A stretch of 64,000 nt of DNA from Eledone cirrhosa (GCA_964016885.1 OZ024745.1:124620001-124684000), one strand, 5' to 3'. Positions 13,374-29,019 are shown, counted from the stretch's first letter. The notes: generated by a model from the sequence alone, not told the origin. Translations and numbers: made by a program.

Positions 13374-14091
13374 ATATCTATAATATGTAATAAACGATGC
13401 CGAATTTTACATAATTGACTTAATTATTTTACATTACTCCGGAGTAAACAAACCACCCTGCATACTTCGTCGAGTGCTCCAATCTGCATACTGAGGTATC
13501 GGTAAACAACCAACATATACTCAATATATATATATATATTCGAAATCACTCCAGCCTAGGCTGCTAGATGTGTTATGTGGATAGGAGAAAGATAATAATC
13601 CATACTTAAAATAGCAAATAAAAGATGGCAATAAAATAACTGATGAAATAATTTAATGAAATTCGATGAGATGCTATTAAAATATATGATAGAAAACGAA
13701 TAGCAACAAAGAAGATAATAAAGGAAATAAATTGAGGGTGCAATAAAAGAACAAATATGAATATTAAAATGAGGGAAACTTTCAATATTCGCGAGGTAAT
13801 AGTTAACCTTGAATTTAAAGAGATCAACATTATATATTTTCAGGAAACGTTTGGAAGATTATTTATTTCATAATTCCTGTGTTTCCGAGTAAGCCTTTGT
13901 GCAAAAGTTTTTATAACTTGGAGCCTGTTCTATGATATTTGCTAAATTTCGCAAACCGAGACCCTTGATTAAGGCTCATCTGTGTGTGTGACAGCTAGCT
14001 CACACCTATGCAGGTCTAGCTGTCCCCCTCCAAGGTATATCTCGTTGGATGTGTCTTGGGTGATTTAATGATAGGGAACCGAGTCCTGTCA

Positions 14092-14237
14092 TCTCATTTC
14101 TACAGCTGAGTAAACTGGGGCAACATCAAATAAAGTGTCTTGCTTAAGGAAACAACACATCACCGGGTACGAGCATTGAACTCACAACCTTTCGATTGCA
14201 AGCCCAATGCTCTAAACACTAAGCCATGTGCTTTCAT
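14092..14237 (-). mobile_element. SINE family 2 (tRNA head, CORE-like body)
   Basis: A/B-box-like head and CCTT(A/G)AGCAAGACACTTTATTT body; relatives at 24630-24850 and 56178-56395. Confidence 0.7.
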
Positions 14238-14279
14238 CTGAAAACAAACCAATTGAATAAGGAAGGAAACGGGTCACGT

Positions 14280-14550
14280 GTGCATTACTGGTACTTTATT
14301 TTATCCAACCTGTAAGGATGAAAGACAAATATAACATCAGCCGGATTGAACTCAGAACATAAAAGGCCATAACTTTATGCTGCAAAGCATGGTGTCTAAC
14401 GTTCTACTGGTATTACGCCCCTTTACGGTTTGAGTTCTAATCCCGCAGAGGTTAACTTTGCCTTTCATCCTTACGTGGTCGATAAAATAAAGTACCAGTA
14501 ATACACTGGATAATTGCTGGCCTTCTGACAAAAGTAGAAACAATTATTAT
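14280..14550. mobile_element. SINE family 1, rearranged pair (minus fragment about 14280-14405, plus fragment about 14410-14550)
   Basis: Family core present in both orientations. Confidence 0.75.
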
Positions 14551-14563
14551 TATTCACTTACGG

Positions 14564-14630
<67 letters not shown>

Positions 14631-14697
14631 TATGTGTGTGTATAGTTAAAGAATGAAGAGTAACATGGTTGGCTGTACAATAAGGGCTTTATTTAAA

Positions 14698-14808
14698 GTA
14701 CTGACAATTGTTTCGTTGATAAGGTGAGTCTAGAGTTCACTAATCGCTTGAGGTTGCGTCATTCGATCTCCAATACTTTATTTACCTCTCGTCAACACAT
14801 CAGAGGAC
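14698..14808 (-). ncRNA. Hammerhead-like motif with long stem II (family shared with 40293)
   Basis: GTCCT-CTGATGT-GTTGA...TCAAC-GAAA-CAATTG-TC-AGTAC; A9 mutated; downstream tail matches 40390-40450. Confidence 0.6.
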
Positions 14809-14872
14809 GTTGGTATGAAAGTAATTCACTAGAGGCCTCGTCTATGGGGTGCGTTTGTCTCTGTGTGTGTGT

Positions 14873-14931
<59 letters not shown>

Positions 14932-15114
14932 TGATTTGTGAATATATTATGTAAGGCTGCATGTGTGAATCTGCGTGCGTCTGTGAATTATTTATGTAGT
15001 ATGTGTGTATGTATGTGCATGTGTTTGTGTATGTTTATGTATGAGTGTGTGTATGTGTGTGTGTATGTTTATGTATGAGTGTGTGTGTGTATGTTATATA
15101 TATATATAAATATA

Positions 15115-15757
<643 letters not shown>

Positions 15758-15811
15758 GGATAGAACCAGTTTAAAACTAATGATTTATATATATCTATAT
15801 GAATGTATATA

Positions 15812-16681
15812 TAGTGTATTTTGCAATACACTGTATGCTTAAGTAAAAGCATTTCGAAGACCTTACGCTATTGTTTTAGAGTAGTGACAGTATCACTTAT
15901 TTAAAATTTTCAGCAAACAATGGGAGATACAGAGCTCCGTTTCGTTTTTGGTACTTATCAAAGCTAAGTACTCCACCTGTCTGCTGAAAATCATGAATGT
16001 TTGATTCTTATAGAATTCTAGTAATAATCAAGAACTGATTATACAGAGCGGTTGCCGGTCAAGCAGATCAGTTCCTGATTATTACTAGCAGATCAGTTCC
16101 CGATTATTACTAGAATTCTATAACAATCAAATATTCATGATTTTCAGCAGACAGGTGGAGTACTTAACTTTGATAAGTACCAAAAAGTACGAAACAGAGC
16201 TCTGTATCTCCCCTTGTTCGCTGAAAATTTAAAGTAAGTGAGACTGTCACTACTCTAAAACAATAGCGTAAGGTCTTCGAAATGCTTTTAATTAAGCATA
16301 AAATGTATTGAAAAATACACTATATATACATTCATTTATATATCGCTATTTCAGAGCACCAATTCTTTCAATTTCTGCTTGACCGGCACGCGCTCTGTAT
16401 AATCAGTTCCTGATTATTACTAGAATTCTATAAGAATCAAACATTCATGATTTTCAGCAGACAGGTGGAGTAATTGGCATTGATAAGTACTAATCAGTAC
16501 GAAACAGAGCTCTGTCAGCTTTATTTCCCCTGTTTGCTGAAAATTTAAAGTAAGTGAGACTGTCACTACTCTAAGACAATAGCGTAAGGTCTTCGAAATG
16601 CTTTTAATTAAGCATACAGTGTATTGCAAAATACACTATATATATATTAATATATATATCGCTATTTCAGAGCACCAATAC

Positions 16682-16687
<6 letters not shown>
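15812..16687. mobile_element. Family F: 311-bp tandem unit (16093-16403, 16404-16687) preceded by an inverted copy (15812-16067)
   Basis: CAGTTCC.GATTATTACTAGAATTCTA recurs at 16093 and 16404; (TA)n flanks; another fold-back copy at 63231-63505. Confidence 0.8.
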
Positions 16688-16773
<86 letters not shown>

Positions 16774-16804
16774 CAGAAATGATCACTTCACACAGGCAAT
16801 ACTA

Positions 16805-18520
16805 ATAGTTTTTCTATTGTTATGCTTTCTTTTCTTATTGCTGTTGTTGTTAGTGTGAGAGTAAGTGATAGGTTGCGAGAAGCCGCTGTTAGCTAACGCC
16901 GTGTTATAGTAGGGTGCCGCCCTGTGAAAGATAGCCTTATTAGAGAAGAGGTTTCAGATTCTAGTACTGATTTTATTTACGAAGTTTCTAAAAACAGTCT
17001 CCATGGGATCGTCTCCATGGGATCGTTTCCATGGAATCGTTTGACAGTGCTGACGTATGCGACTTGGTTGGCCAATTTATTTTAGACATATTACGTGTTA
17101 AATTCCCGGACTTCCACACGGGAATATACCGCGACGATGGACTGACCTTATCGAGCCATAAAAGTGGTCACGACCTCGGCCGGTTTAAAAAAGACTTAGC
17201 TTCTACTTTCAATGAGTTAGGACTTAAGATAACAGTAGCTACCAACCTCTTTAGCGTAGAGTTCTTAGACATTAATTTAGACCGTCGCACACACGCATAC
17301 TGACCCTTCCATAAGCTAAACGAAACATTCAATTACATTCACAAGGACCCATGCCACCCTCCCACTGTTTTTAGAAACTTCGTAAATAATATCAGTACTA
17401 GAATCTCAAACCTCTTCTCTAATAAGGCAATCTTTGACAGGGCGACACCCTACTATAACACGGCGATAGCTAACAGCGGCTTCTCGCAACCTATCACTTA
17501 CTCTCCCACTAACAACAACAGCAATAAGAAAAGAAAGCGTAACAATAGACAAACTATCTGGTTCTCTCCTCCCTTCTCACTCAACTTTAAAACCAATGTA
17601 GGCAAACAATTTCTAGCCCTCTTAGATAGACACTTTCCGATAGGTCATAAATACCGCTTGCTTCATCTTTAACCGACACAAAGTAAAACTAGGATACTCC
17701 TGCGCTAAGAACATGAAGGCCCACATCCCAACAGCCCCAAGAGCAACACCCCACCAGGGTGCTCTTGCCGTAAGCCCCAAGCTTGTGCCATTCAACAGCA
17801 ATTCAACACACCCGCTGTAGTTTATGAAGCTGTGGTCACTTCCAACCGACGAAATCAACCACAGGAGGTCAAATCCTATGTGGGTATGGCGGAGGGCCGA
17901 TCTAAGGAACGCTTCCTGAACCACCAATCGACCTTTAGGTACCCGGACAGACGTTCATCCACGAAACTCGCGAGCCACGTATGATCCCTCAAGGCCTCAA
18001 GTATAGACTACTCCATTGAATGGAAAGCCATCACTAAGTCCAAGCCATACGCAAGGGGCAATCTGTCGTGTGGACTATGTATTAATGAACGAATAAATAT
18101 TCTAAAGAGATTACGCAATAGTGATTGCCTAAAAACGAGAAATGAATCCTTCACACGTTGTCCACGCGTCTAGAAACACCTCTTACATAACTACAAAGCT
18201 CCGGATTGAATTACAACAACATCCTAATTTTCTTATCAACCAGAAACTTTCGGACTTTCGCAGTTATCTCCCTTACACCTCTCGCACGCAATTTAGTATT
18301 GCCTGTGTAAAGTGATCGTTTCTGCGCATGCCGGTTCGTACGGTTGTCCATCCTGTTCCGTATAACCATGTCCATTACAGCTGAGGATCCGCTAAGGTGA
18401 AACAATTGCTCTCGGAATGATGAACTAACTGTTGTGTAACCACTTCTACCTAACTCGTCCCATGGACTGAGTGCTCTACCACTACGGATATTACCTTCCA
18501 GTGTTCTTTCACTATCTCTA
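16805..18520 (+). mobile_element. 5'-truncated Penelope-like element (RT and C-terminal GIY-YIG, probably Hydra-like group) with inverted 5' segment; pseudogenised
   Basis: MGSFDSADVCDLVG, GIYRDDGL, FLDI, HPP, IWFSPPFS, VVYEA, YVG...KERFLNH and CGLC motifs with stops and frameshifts (17014-18209); 16805-16999 is the reverse complement of 17364-17558; ends in (TA)n. Confidence 0.9.
18381..18411 (+). ncRNA. Minimal hammerhead-like motif in the PLE 3' UTR
   Basis: CTGAGGA-TCC-GCTAA-GGT-GAAA-CAATTG-CTC; palindromic stem III. Confidence 0.55.
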
Positions 18521-21500
18521 TATATATATATATCAGTTGTTCTCAGCTGGAAACTATCTATGAGACTGAAAAAATACTAATATAGTTACCTTCATCTGCT
18601 GTATGTTATACATAGTTTGATAATTACGTTTCTAGACTTACACCTTACAAAGCAAGAAACCCCGAAATAAATCTACTTTATAATCTATGATTGTACTAAA
18701 TACTATCTGCATCATTTGATATTCTACAATAATCCATCATTCTCCCCGCGCACATCATCTTTTTCCAATACATTACTATATTTATATAAATGTACTTTAA
18801 AATAACATTATGTGGTTAGTCATTTTCATCACATTTAGATATTTTCTTGGTTTTAAGAAATCCTGTCTAGTTAACTGAATCATTGAAAATGAGTGAAGTC
18901 GTTTAAATAAATGCAAACAATTAAATAACTGGTTAAGCTACATTTCTGATTTTCATTTTTATTTGCATAACAATTCTCCTACAATGTGAATTTAACTGAT
19001 ACTTTCCTCGAAAAGTTTCAAAAAAATTTGCTTTCAAATCTAATTGCAAGATCATGTCTAGAAAGACTTAACATTTCAATATTCAAACTCAAGTTAAATA
19101 TCAATATTTCGAACAAAGACCACAATCGGGTATCACGATTAATAGAAAATAGACGTCTGTAAGATTTGTTTCATGTCGTGATTTTCATTTTTGTAGTTTC
19201 AAAATAGATTGAAGAAATAAAAGTAATGAACCAGTTTAGTAAAAAAAATAAAATAAATAAAATAAATAAATAAATAAAATAAAACAGAAGTAACATGAAT
19301 AAATAAATAAAAACAAAAATATCGATTTTTCTTCCCGATATCATGAATTTCTTAATTTCTATATATCTAATTTCCCCTCTGAAAACTATGCTGTAAATGG
19401 TATTGTCATGTACTGTGTCAAAAAATAGCCTGTGTTTATGTTTGAATATAATCTGGTAGCAGTGACGTAAATATGCTATAAAATGAACATTTATTGTCAA
19501 TGTGACTCAACTATTTATAACCACTTCTTTATGTGACAAACATTTATTTATTTTCTAGATAGGATAATCTTTTCATTTTGCTCCATTTTCTTGTCAGCTA
19601 ATATTCTTTCAGGGAATACATAAAAAGGAAGAAATAGCATATCAACTTCATATTCTAGAAAATATATTTTTTAACTACTGGAAAACGAAAACACGATAAA
19701 ATATATATTGCATGTATGTAAAATGTTCATGCATATGAAATATATTTTGCAATATGTTCACATATATTACTTAATCTATTCCAGGAATAAGAAAGGATTT
19801 CAAATAATTTTCATTTCATTATATATGAATTTAGGATCGATTTGCTTTCCGAAATGTTTTGTGAATCTTTCTTTCTCTAAGATTCAACTTTGTACGTCTT
19901 TAGGACGATATATACAGTATGATTAATTTCCATTACAACGAATTGCTTGTTACAAAGATGTTGGTGCTAACTGAAGGAAATTTCCTTTGAAAGTAGTGTT
20001 AAAAGATATAGATAATGAACGAATTATATTAATTAGTTCATAGTTAAGCAGGGACTATTATACATAATGAAGTAAGGTAAACAAAACTAAATTAAAATAC
20101 ATACGTAAAGACGAACATCACTATTTGTGTTAATTATAACTTTTGCCCAAAACCTCAAATGTGTTAACTGTGAAATACAGATTGATTAAGCATTTAATTC
20201 AGTTATTCAGTGGTGACAGATGCAGATCTTTGGTAAATATAGTCACAACCTGCGAAAATATCCGATGATATCCCCATTCGTAATAAATACTCAACGCACT
20301 ACTAAATGCAGGGCAACTTTATGACGTATTCGGTCGTAATATATCAGCACCTAAGTAGGTGTACATGGTTTAAAAGCAAATATCATCAATGATTATTTGT
20401 TATATTAATTTCTGATTTTAGTAAGAGGTTATATATTTCTAAGTGAAAGATATATCAATTAAATCAGTTCATAATATACTATTGGTATGTTGGGCTTCCC
20501 AGAATAATATTAGTGTATAATTTATTCCATTTAAGAGGGAGAGGAAAGGCTGAGTTGACCCGTCATAATATTTGCACAGATTGAAACTGGACAGTTTTAA
20601 GAAACTCTTAGGAGATCTAGAGAGCAGAATGTCTTCAAAGAGGAAACCTCCATCGAGCGAGCGTTTCTGCCGTTTACCTCTTGCACTCTAAGGGGACTGG
20701 ACCGCATCCAGGTCATGACTCCTGGGTGGCCTTCTCCTAATATTTAGCCATTCGGAAATCGGAGACTTGCTGTTCATTCAAACAGTATTGAGATTTTGTT
20801 CACAGGACGTAGCTGTAACTATTTTTCTTAGATACAGCTAGAAGAGATTCCGCCAGTAATTTACCTCTTCAGCCAACAGACATCGGATATATGAACATAT
20901 TTGATAGATTTATTTCACTTAGATATACATTGGACGTAATGCATATGTTAGAAATAGTTGTATGAATATGATATTCGACAACATGTACACCGTTACATTT
21001 ATGTATATGGTAAATGAAATATTCATATTAGCAATAACTATATGCCAATAAATACCAAGAGGAATATGTAAGTATTAATGTACATGTATGAATTTAACAT
21101 GTCTCCTGTCTATCAATATTTATAAGCTTTGAAATCTTATGTCTGTGTAAGTGTACATGTACTAGATAAGTTTATTATCTAAGCATCCCAGCCTAAGTTA
21201 TATAGATATGTATATATAGACACGGAGAGAAAAGCAGAACCTTTCATTCTAAATATGACAAAAGAAAAAATCTGCAAACACCTGAGACTATATTTCAAAC
21301 TTGAAAGTCCTTTTGGAGTGTTCAGAAACTATTACATAAGCAAGAAAATATACCATATACATGGATGTGGAGACCTCTAATCAAGCTTTCCTTTCCTACC
21401 CCTCTTCAACATCCCCATCTTTTTCAAGGAGTTCTGTGAATTTGGATGCAATCTTATCTGCATGGCTACTCCTATTCTATCGACCAGCCAATGGTTCTCG

Positions 21501-22544
21501 CCTTATCACGCTGGATCTGCCAGTTTTGAGAGTTTTCTTCACTTTAGGTAGTCCCAGCTTACACATAATCTGATGGTGATCAGTTGACAGCTCAGCCACT
21601 CTTATGGGAAGAGTAAAATTAACTGAAACTTGCGTGATCAAATGACAAATATTTTAACATGGAAAAGATATTACGAATAAATTTAGCCAGTATTTTGCTA
21701 TCTAAATTTCAAATATAAATTTATAAATATCTCATTTAAGAAGCAAAGTCGGCCAATTTATTTATTTTCACTAATATAAAATATATAGAAGGATAGACGT
21801 AACATGTTTCTGCTCAAAACCGTACAATTATGTAGATTATTTTAAATCTGCAACCTAACCGATGACAGAGTAAACGAGATTCATTATTTAACAATTTACT
21901 GATATATTAAATCCTCCAGCACGTGGAATGTTTAATTTTCAGAAAATCGATTGGTTTATTCTTGTCAAATTTTGCTTCAACGAATAATTAAAGACATTTA
22001 GGAAGTTATCTAATCGCATGTTTAAATTGACTCTGTACTTGTTACTATTCTCTAAATTGGTAGAATACGTACAACTTCAAATACGATGGTTTTTGGTATC
22101 GTAATAAAATATAGAAGACACATTCAACTATTTTCTCCAGTAAATATTTGAATTACTTCAACAATGTATTCGCTTAAACGCAAGGAGTATTCAGTAATTG
22201 AAATATAAATGTAAAAATTCCTGAAATAAGTATTTAACTTTTATAGGCATCTATAATTTATATGGAAATGCTGATTGTAAAGAAGTACTCATATGTAAAG
22301 ATGTATATATTTGATTGTAGTAACCTGAATTGTATTAACCGTACAGAGAATCAATATTATATAATTTATGTTTTCGTCTACTCGAAGAAGTATTGCGACA
22401 ATTCTCGTATATTTGTAGCATATATCAAAAATAAAATTACCCAATCATTTTGCAGTTCTGATTTACCGACACAGCGTGGTTTCGAAGTGAGCACATGAAA
22501 CACAACCACAAATGTATAATGTATATAGATATATAAAATGAGTT

Positions 22545-22742
22545 TTTTTTTTAATAATAAAAGAAAGAATAAAACGAGATGTCCTACACGGGTAAAAGTA
22601 TAAGTAAAGGAATCGAAAATGCAACTGGAGTCTTTTAAAGAATATTTATTTATTTCCTTTACCGGTTTCACAGTTCTTATGCTTTTCAAAAGTAAAATTA
22701 AGATGGAGGGTTTGAGACAAACCACAAGTCTTCCATCTCAAT
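22545..22742 (-). mobile_element. PLE-type terminus family E with U3-A8 HHR variant (22657-22692)
   Basis: Matches 27855-28060, 28688-28920 and 62855-63060. Confidence 0.7.
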
Positions 22743-22744
22743 TA

Positions 22745-22762
22745 TCTCTCTCTCTCTCTCTT

Positions 22763-22838
<76 letters not shown>

Positions 22839-22845
22839 TCTCTCT

Positions 22846-22905
<60 letters not shown>

Positions 22906-22912
22906 GTATGTG
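22745..22912. repeat. (TC)n(TA)n(TATG)n compound microsatellite
   Basis: Seen directly. Confidence 0.95.
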
Positions 22913-23001
22913 TACAGAATATCCCCCGAAAGATATACTAAATAGAATCTTTAAAAAATGCATTAAAATAAATTCTGTTTATATGCATTATTTAAATTAA
23001 T

Positions 23002-23193
23002 GGGCGGTGGATTTTGGCAGTATCGGTAGAGAGACGGACACCATGCTTTGAAGCATAGAGTTACGTCCCTTTATGATCTGATTTCAAATCCCGCCGAGGT
23101 TAACTTTGCCTTTCATCCTTACGGGGTCGATAAGATAAAGTACCAGTAAAGCACTGGGTAATTGCTGGCCTTGTGCCTAAAGTAGAAACAATT
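23002..23193 (+). mobile_element. SINE family 1, full length
   Basis: Complete head, core and tail. Confidence 0.9.
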
Positions 23194-23719
23194 ATATATA
23201 TATATATATGACGATGTGTGCTGTGGTTATGGTGACGATGTGTGCTGTGGTTATGATCGACATTATATTTACAGGATCAGATATTACTATGGTTTGCAAG
23301 GTAAAACCTGACAGAGAGGAGAGATAGAACCCAATGTTGCAAGGTTGAGGGGTGTATGGCGATTTGATTTTTGGTGGGGTGATGTATGCGGTGGGCTTAG
23401 AAATGGTTACATGCAATACAATGAAATAAATTCACTGAGATGGGCGATGGTGAGACGGGGCAGAGGTGGTTATTATTATGTTGGGTCATGGTTAGTGTGC
23501 GGCCCTCCCCCGAATGTTTATGCGGAAAATGTGTCCGACAATTATGTCCGACCTATAGTATATCCACACCCGCGCATGCACATGCTTGTTTGTATATATG
23601 CATATAGATATATGTATGTGTGGATCTATGAGGGTGCGTGTATGTGTGTGTATATAGGTGTGTACGTATGTATATATATATCAGTATATATGCGCATGTA
23701 TATATATACAACGTATTTG

Positions 23720-24256
23720 TCAGACTAAGAGTGTCTATGGATGTATCTCCCCATGGACTCGACACCACCAACACATCCACCACACCACCACAAACGCCAC
23801 TACCATAAACAACAACACCACAACCACACCCCACAAACGCCAACAGGTCTACCGACAACCCACTACCCCCACACCACATCCCATCCCAGTCAGCGACCGT
23901 CACCACCATCTTATCATCACATCCACCTCCACATACACTACAGGCCAAAATCAATCTGCCACCACCACACCACAGCCCATCGCAACCAGCGACCGTCACC
24001 AACATCTTATCATCACATCCACCCCACATACACTACAGGCCAGTACATCCCTTTGATCCTTTCCACCAATGAAAACAACTCATATTGTCAAACTCTTGAA
24101 CTTCTGACTTTACCACATAGCATGTATTCATTTTCTTATAGCATTTTAAAGGGTCCGTCGAGCTGCCGATGATTGAGCTGATCAGTGGCGAAACGCGCGT
24201 CACCTACCAATAAATCTAATGAAGGAGTAACCAATCGTCCTTGTTATCCTTTCAAT
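23720..24256 (+). mobile_element. PLE-type 3' region (ACC-rich low complexity) with HHR-like motif at 24166-24201
   Basis: CCGATGA-...-GAAA-CGCGCG-TC, then AATAAA and (TA)n; internal duplication of about 100 bp. Confidence 0.55.
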
Positions 24257-24456
24257 ATATATATATATTATAGAATAATAAACCTTTTAAGGAAATTACA
24301 CCAGTCCAGCCTCCTGTTATTTTATAATAATTAACTCTGTACTCGCACCACCAACAACACAAATGAAGGTGGGTGTATAGCATTACGTTTCCATAATATT
24401 ACATCAAGGTTGACCATACGGAATGACAGTTCTATCCAGTGGTGAACCAACAAACC

Positions 24457-24496
<40 letters not shown>

Positions 24497-24629
24497 GATA
24501 TAGATATACTATCAAAATAAAATAAAATATATCATGTCTGCGAATATTAGAAATATGCGCCATACCACCTGTAGAATATATTCAAAATCCCAAGGATGAA
24601 ATCCGAGAATTTTATATATATATATATAT

Positions 24630-24850
24630 AAAGGAACGATCGACTTTCACCAAATCGGACCGAGGGAACAATGTTGCCGTTGGTCTTTCCAATTGCTAAT
24701 ACTATCTATCGGTCGCAACTCCAGGTAGAAGGAACAACGTGAAATAAAGTGTCTTGCTCAAGGACATAACGCATCGCCTGGTCCAGGAATCGAACTCACA
24801 ACCTTACGATTGCGAATCCAATTCTCTAACCACTCAGCCACACGCCTTCA
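24630..24850 (-). mobile_element. SINE family 2
   Basis: tRNA-like head (TGGCTGAGTGG...GAGTTCGATTCC); matches 56178-56395. Confidence 0.8.
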
Positions 24851-25822
24851 TATATATATACGGGCGTTTTTTCAAATATTGCAAAATACCGAATATATTC
24901 ATCATATCAACTGATAAATTTATCGCAAATAACATTTCTTTACATGTCTTCTTTTTCCTTATATATACATAAGATGTACGATAATTAGATTTCATATTGA
25001 AAATCATTGTATATAATACAATTTTTGTGGAGGACTCATCTCATACAGTCTACCACATTTCTGGATCGGTCAAGTTGTAATGGCATTGCAACAGTGTGGT
25101 AACTTTATTCTCAACAATGGAGACCTGACTGAAGGCAATAGTATATTGAATTACTTTACTATTCTTCACATTGTTCAGAATTGTAGGTAGGAGATATCAG
25201 TTACAAAGCGAACTACATTGCTTTAGTCATTTAACAATCTTCATTCTGCTAGTTATATTATTATTTCCTAGACAGATAGAGCACTGTGTCTAAATATCCT
25301 TCACTATCTTGTATTTCTTCTTATTACTTGATGACAACAAATGTTGAGAAATGTGTATCTATACGAATCTTGACAGATGTATCTTAAGTGTTATGACATT
25401 GCATCTATATATAACCGCACAATATATAAACTGGGAAGTTACACTTGACAGGAATTGTATTCAGTAATGTAGATATAAAATGGCTGGATAGAAAAATTAG
25501 TGTTTTACCAGCTATTATGTTTGAAGTTCAAACTCCTACCAAAAATGTTTTGTTTATCTAATAAGTATAATTGATTTTTCATACGTGAACAGTAAGATTT
25601 AACTATAAAAAAAATAATGAAATCCTTAACATCAAATACTTAACATCTGTATACTCAATGCTGAAGAATCCTATCTTATGGATGGGCTCATGTGAAAGAC
25701 ATCCAGGATTATTCTATGACATTCCCGGGAGCATTGATTTTGACTTACCCACTGATGTAGATGGGTCTCATATATTTGGATAGTATGTTCTGTCCCACTG
25801 CTTGTTAACTTGGGCAAGTGTC

Positions 25823-25859
<37 letters not shown>

Positions 25860-25865
<6 letters not shown>

Positions 25866-26138
25866 CATTAAAGTTTAAGCAAAGAATCGGTGCTTTCACC
25901 CTTAACGGGATTTTTTACTATAAAAAGTCAATCTGTGAACGCAGATGTAAATATTAAACAAAGCGTTGAAACCGGAGGAAGACAGGAAGACGATACTTTG
26001 GTTAGTGGAAACGTTCCCTGGTAAAGAACGGGAAAAAACGAAGATAATACGTCATTATTTGGAGCGGTGAAAAATATTTGATATATATTTATCATTATCG
26101 AGCCCTCTTTGGATTTTAGTCTTCAAATTTATTATTAT

Positions 26139-26142
<4 letters not shown>
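25860..26142. mobile_element. PLE-type terminus of the CAGAAGA-core family (also 11606-12677, 29200-29315, 31375-31560)
   Basis: Sequence identity among copies; (TA)n flanks; inverted junction near 26073. Confidence 0.7.
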
Positions 26143-26189
<47 letters not shown>

Positions 26190-26221
26190 AATATATATAT
26201 ATATATATATATACATATATA

Positions 26222-27350
26222 TAGCCAGAACCAAATGGGGAAAAATGGTAAATAATGGAACAAATGGGACCTGCCCTTTGTATAGGAGCAAACTTTCGAA
26301 TAGAATAGAAATAACTAGGAATAAGGCTAATAGAATAAACTCATGGTATGATAGCAATAAATACCAGAGTGTAATGTTCATCGATACAACCCCTAGAGGT
26401 GAATTAGCTTACAAATTTAGAAGGGCCCTAGATAAACATAAACTCAATATTAAGATAGTAAAAAGACCAGGTACCTCCATAAAAACACTTATTAGCAATA
26501 CATACCCTTTTCAAAGACCTTCCTGTATAGAAAAGAATGTATAATCTGTAAATTAAGCCCCCATATTAACTGTAAAACTAGAAATGTAGTATATAGCATA
26601 AGATGTACTGAAGGACAATGTAGAGATAAAACTATAGTGTACATAGGTGAGACAGCTCGTAGTATAGGGAACGGATAAATGAACACTGGCGAGACCTTCA
26701 AGATAGTAAAGAATCATCTGTACTCTACCAACATGTTAAATAGAACATAAGGGTAAATTAGAGAACATAGAAATAAAAATAGAATCTACACAGAAAAGTC
26801 GCAATGTTTAGACAAATCAAAGAGGCAATAAACATAAATGAACTCAAAATAGAAAACATGAATGGAACAGCAACATCACAACTTACAATTAAGGACAAAA
26901 TGAAAACACACACGCACATAGAACAAAAAACCAACCAGTAACATGTAAATAAACAAATAAATAAACGAATATAAACACACAGACACTCGGATGTAACAAA
27001 TGCGCAAACTAAGCACACAACACACACACAAAAACAAGATGGCGTAGGACAGAACAAAGGAGAGGCACACAAACAAAGAAAAGAATCCCCAGTCACTGAA
27101 GAGGTCACAGAATATGTGACGAAAGAACTTTGACAATATATAAACAATCATCTGGTTGTGGAACCAACCAACCAACCGGAAATTTATAAATTCCTAAATT
27201 TATAAATTTATTATAATAAATTGAAGTGAAAGCAACTGGTGCGTGTGTTTCTTATTGGCAACATGACCCTCCCAAAGTATAACAATATCGGTTTCAACAC
27301 ACGTTTTCAGATAAAGAATCTTGCTAAACAAATTCAGAAACGAAATATAT
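26222..27350 (+). mobile_element. 5'-truncated Penelope-like element (linker, GIY-YIG endonuclease, 3' UTR with HHR)
   Basis: SVMFIDTTPRGELA, CIIC, CKTRNVVYSIRC and YIGETARSIGERI with frameshifts; (TA)n at both ends. Confidence 0.9.
27092..27134 (+). ncRNA. Minimal type I hammerhead ribozyme
   Basis: GTCA-CTGAAGA-G-GTCACA(GAATA)TGTGAC-GAAA-GAAC-TT-TGAC. Confidence 0.75.
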
Positions 27351-27854
27351 ACATATATATATATATGTATATGAAAACAGAGAGAAAGAGACGATTATTA
27401 GGAAGAAAAAAATATTTTTTTCCTTTTTTGTTGCTGTCTCTTTTTTCTGGGTTAGAAAATGATTAAAACGAAATGTTTTACTTTGTGTGAAGTGTTAAGG
27501 TATTAGTTGATTTATTTATTATTTAACAATGGCATTTATTTATCTATTTATATATTTAATTATTGTCTATTACCGGTTTCAGCATTTTTATGCATTATCA
27601 AATGATAGTGAAATGTATTAGTGTGGTGTCGCACATGTTAAACAGAAGGTGCAGAAGGAATAATGTTATTTACAAACAAGGTTTATGAAGTGAAAAGAAA
27701 AAAGAAAAAGGAAAAAGAACGTGCATAATGTAGAGCATAAAAAGACAATGTGGAAGAAAAAATGTTATTTACAAGCAAAGTCATTGAAGTTAAGCAGATC
27801 AAAGTGTGTTAATATAGCAATGGTGCTTAGTTGAACCATGATTCCGTATAAATA

Positions 27855-28470
<616 letters not shown>

Positions 28471-28687
28471 ATATATATATATATATATGTAGATAAATCT
28501 ACCAAAATATACGGCAGTGTCCAATCCGTATGAAGAATTCATTGTAATCCAAATATCATGAAATGAGAAGATGCATTCAAAAACTTTCGATGAAAATCAT
28601 AGGAAAACAGTGTCAAGATAAATATATATATATAGTCAAGTTATATATATATATATATATATATAGTCAAGATATATATATATATTA

Positions 28688-29019
<332 letters not shown>

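Larger units (their letters stand above)
10268..13432. repeat. Nested inverted repeats of PLE-type termini: outer arms about 10268-11090 / 12738-13432, inner arms about 11700-11995 / 12397-12677
   Basis: Arms match as reverse complements over hundreds of bp; HHRs in the outer arms. Confidence 0.85.
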
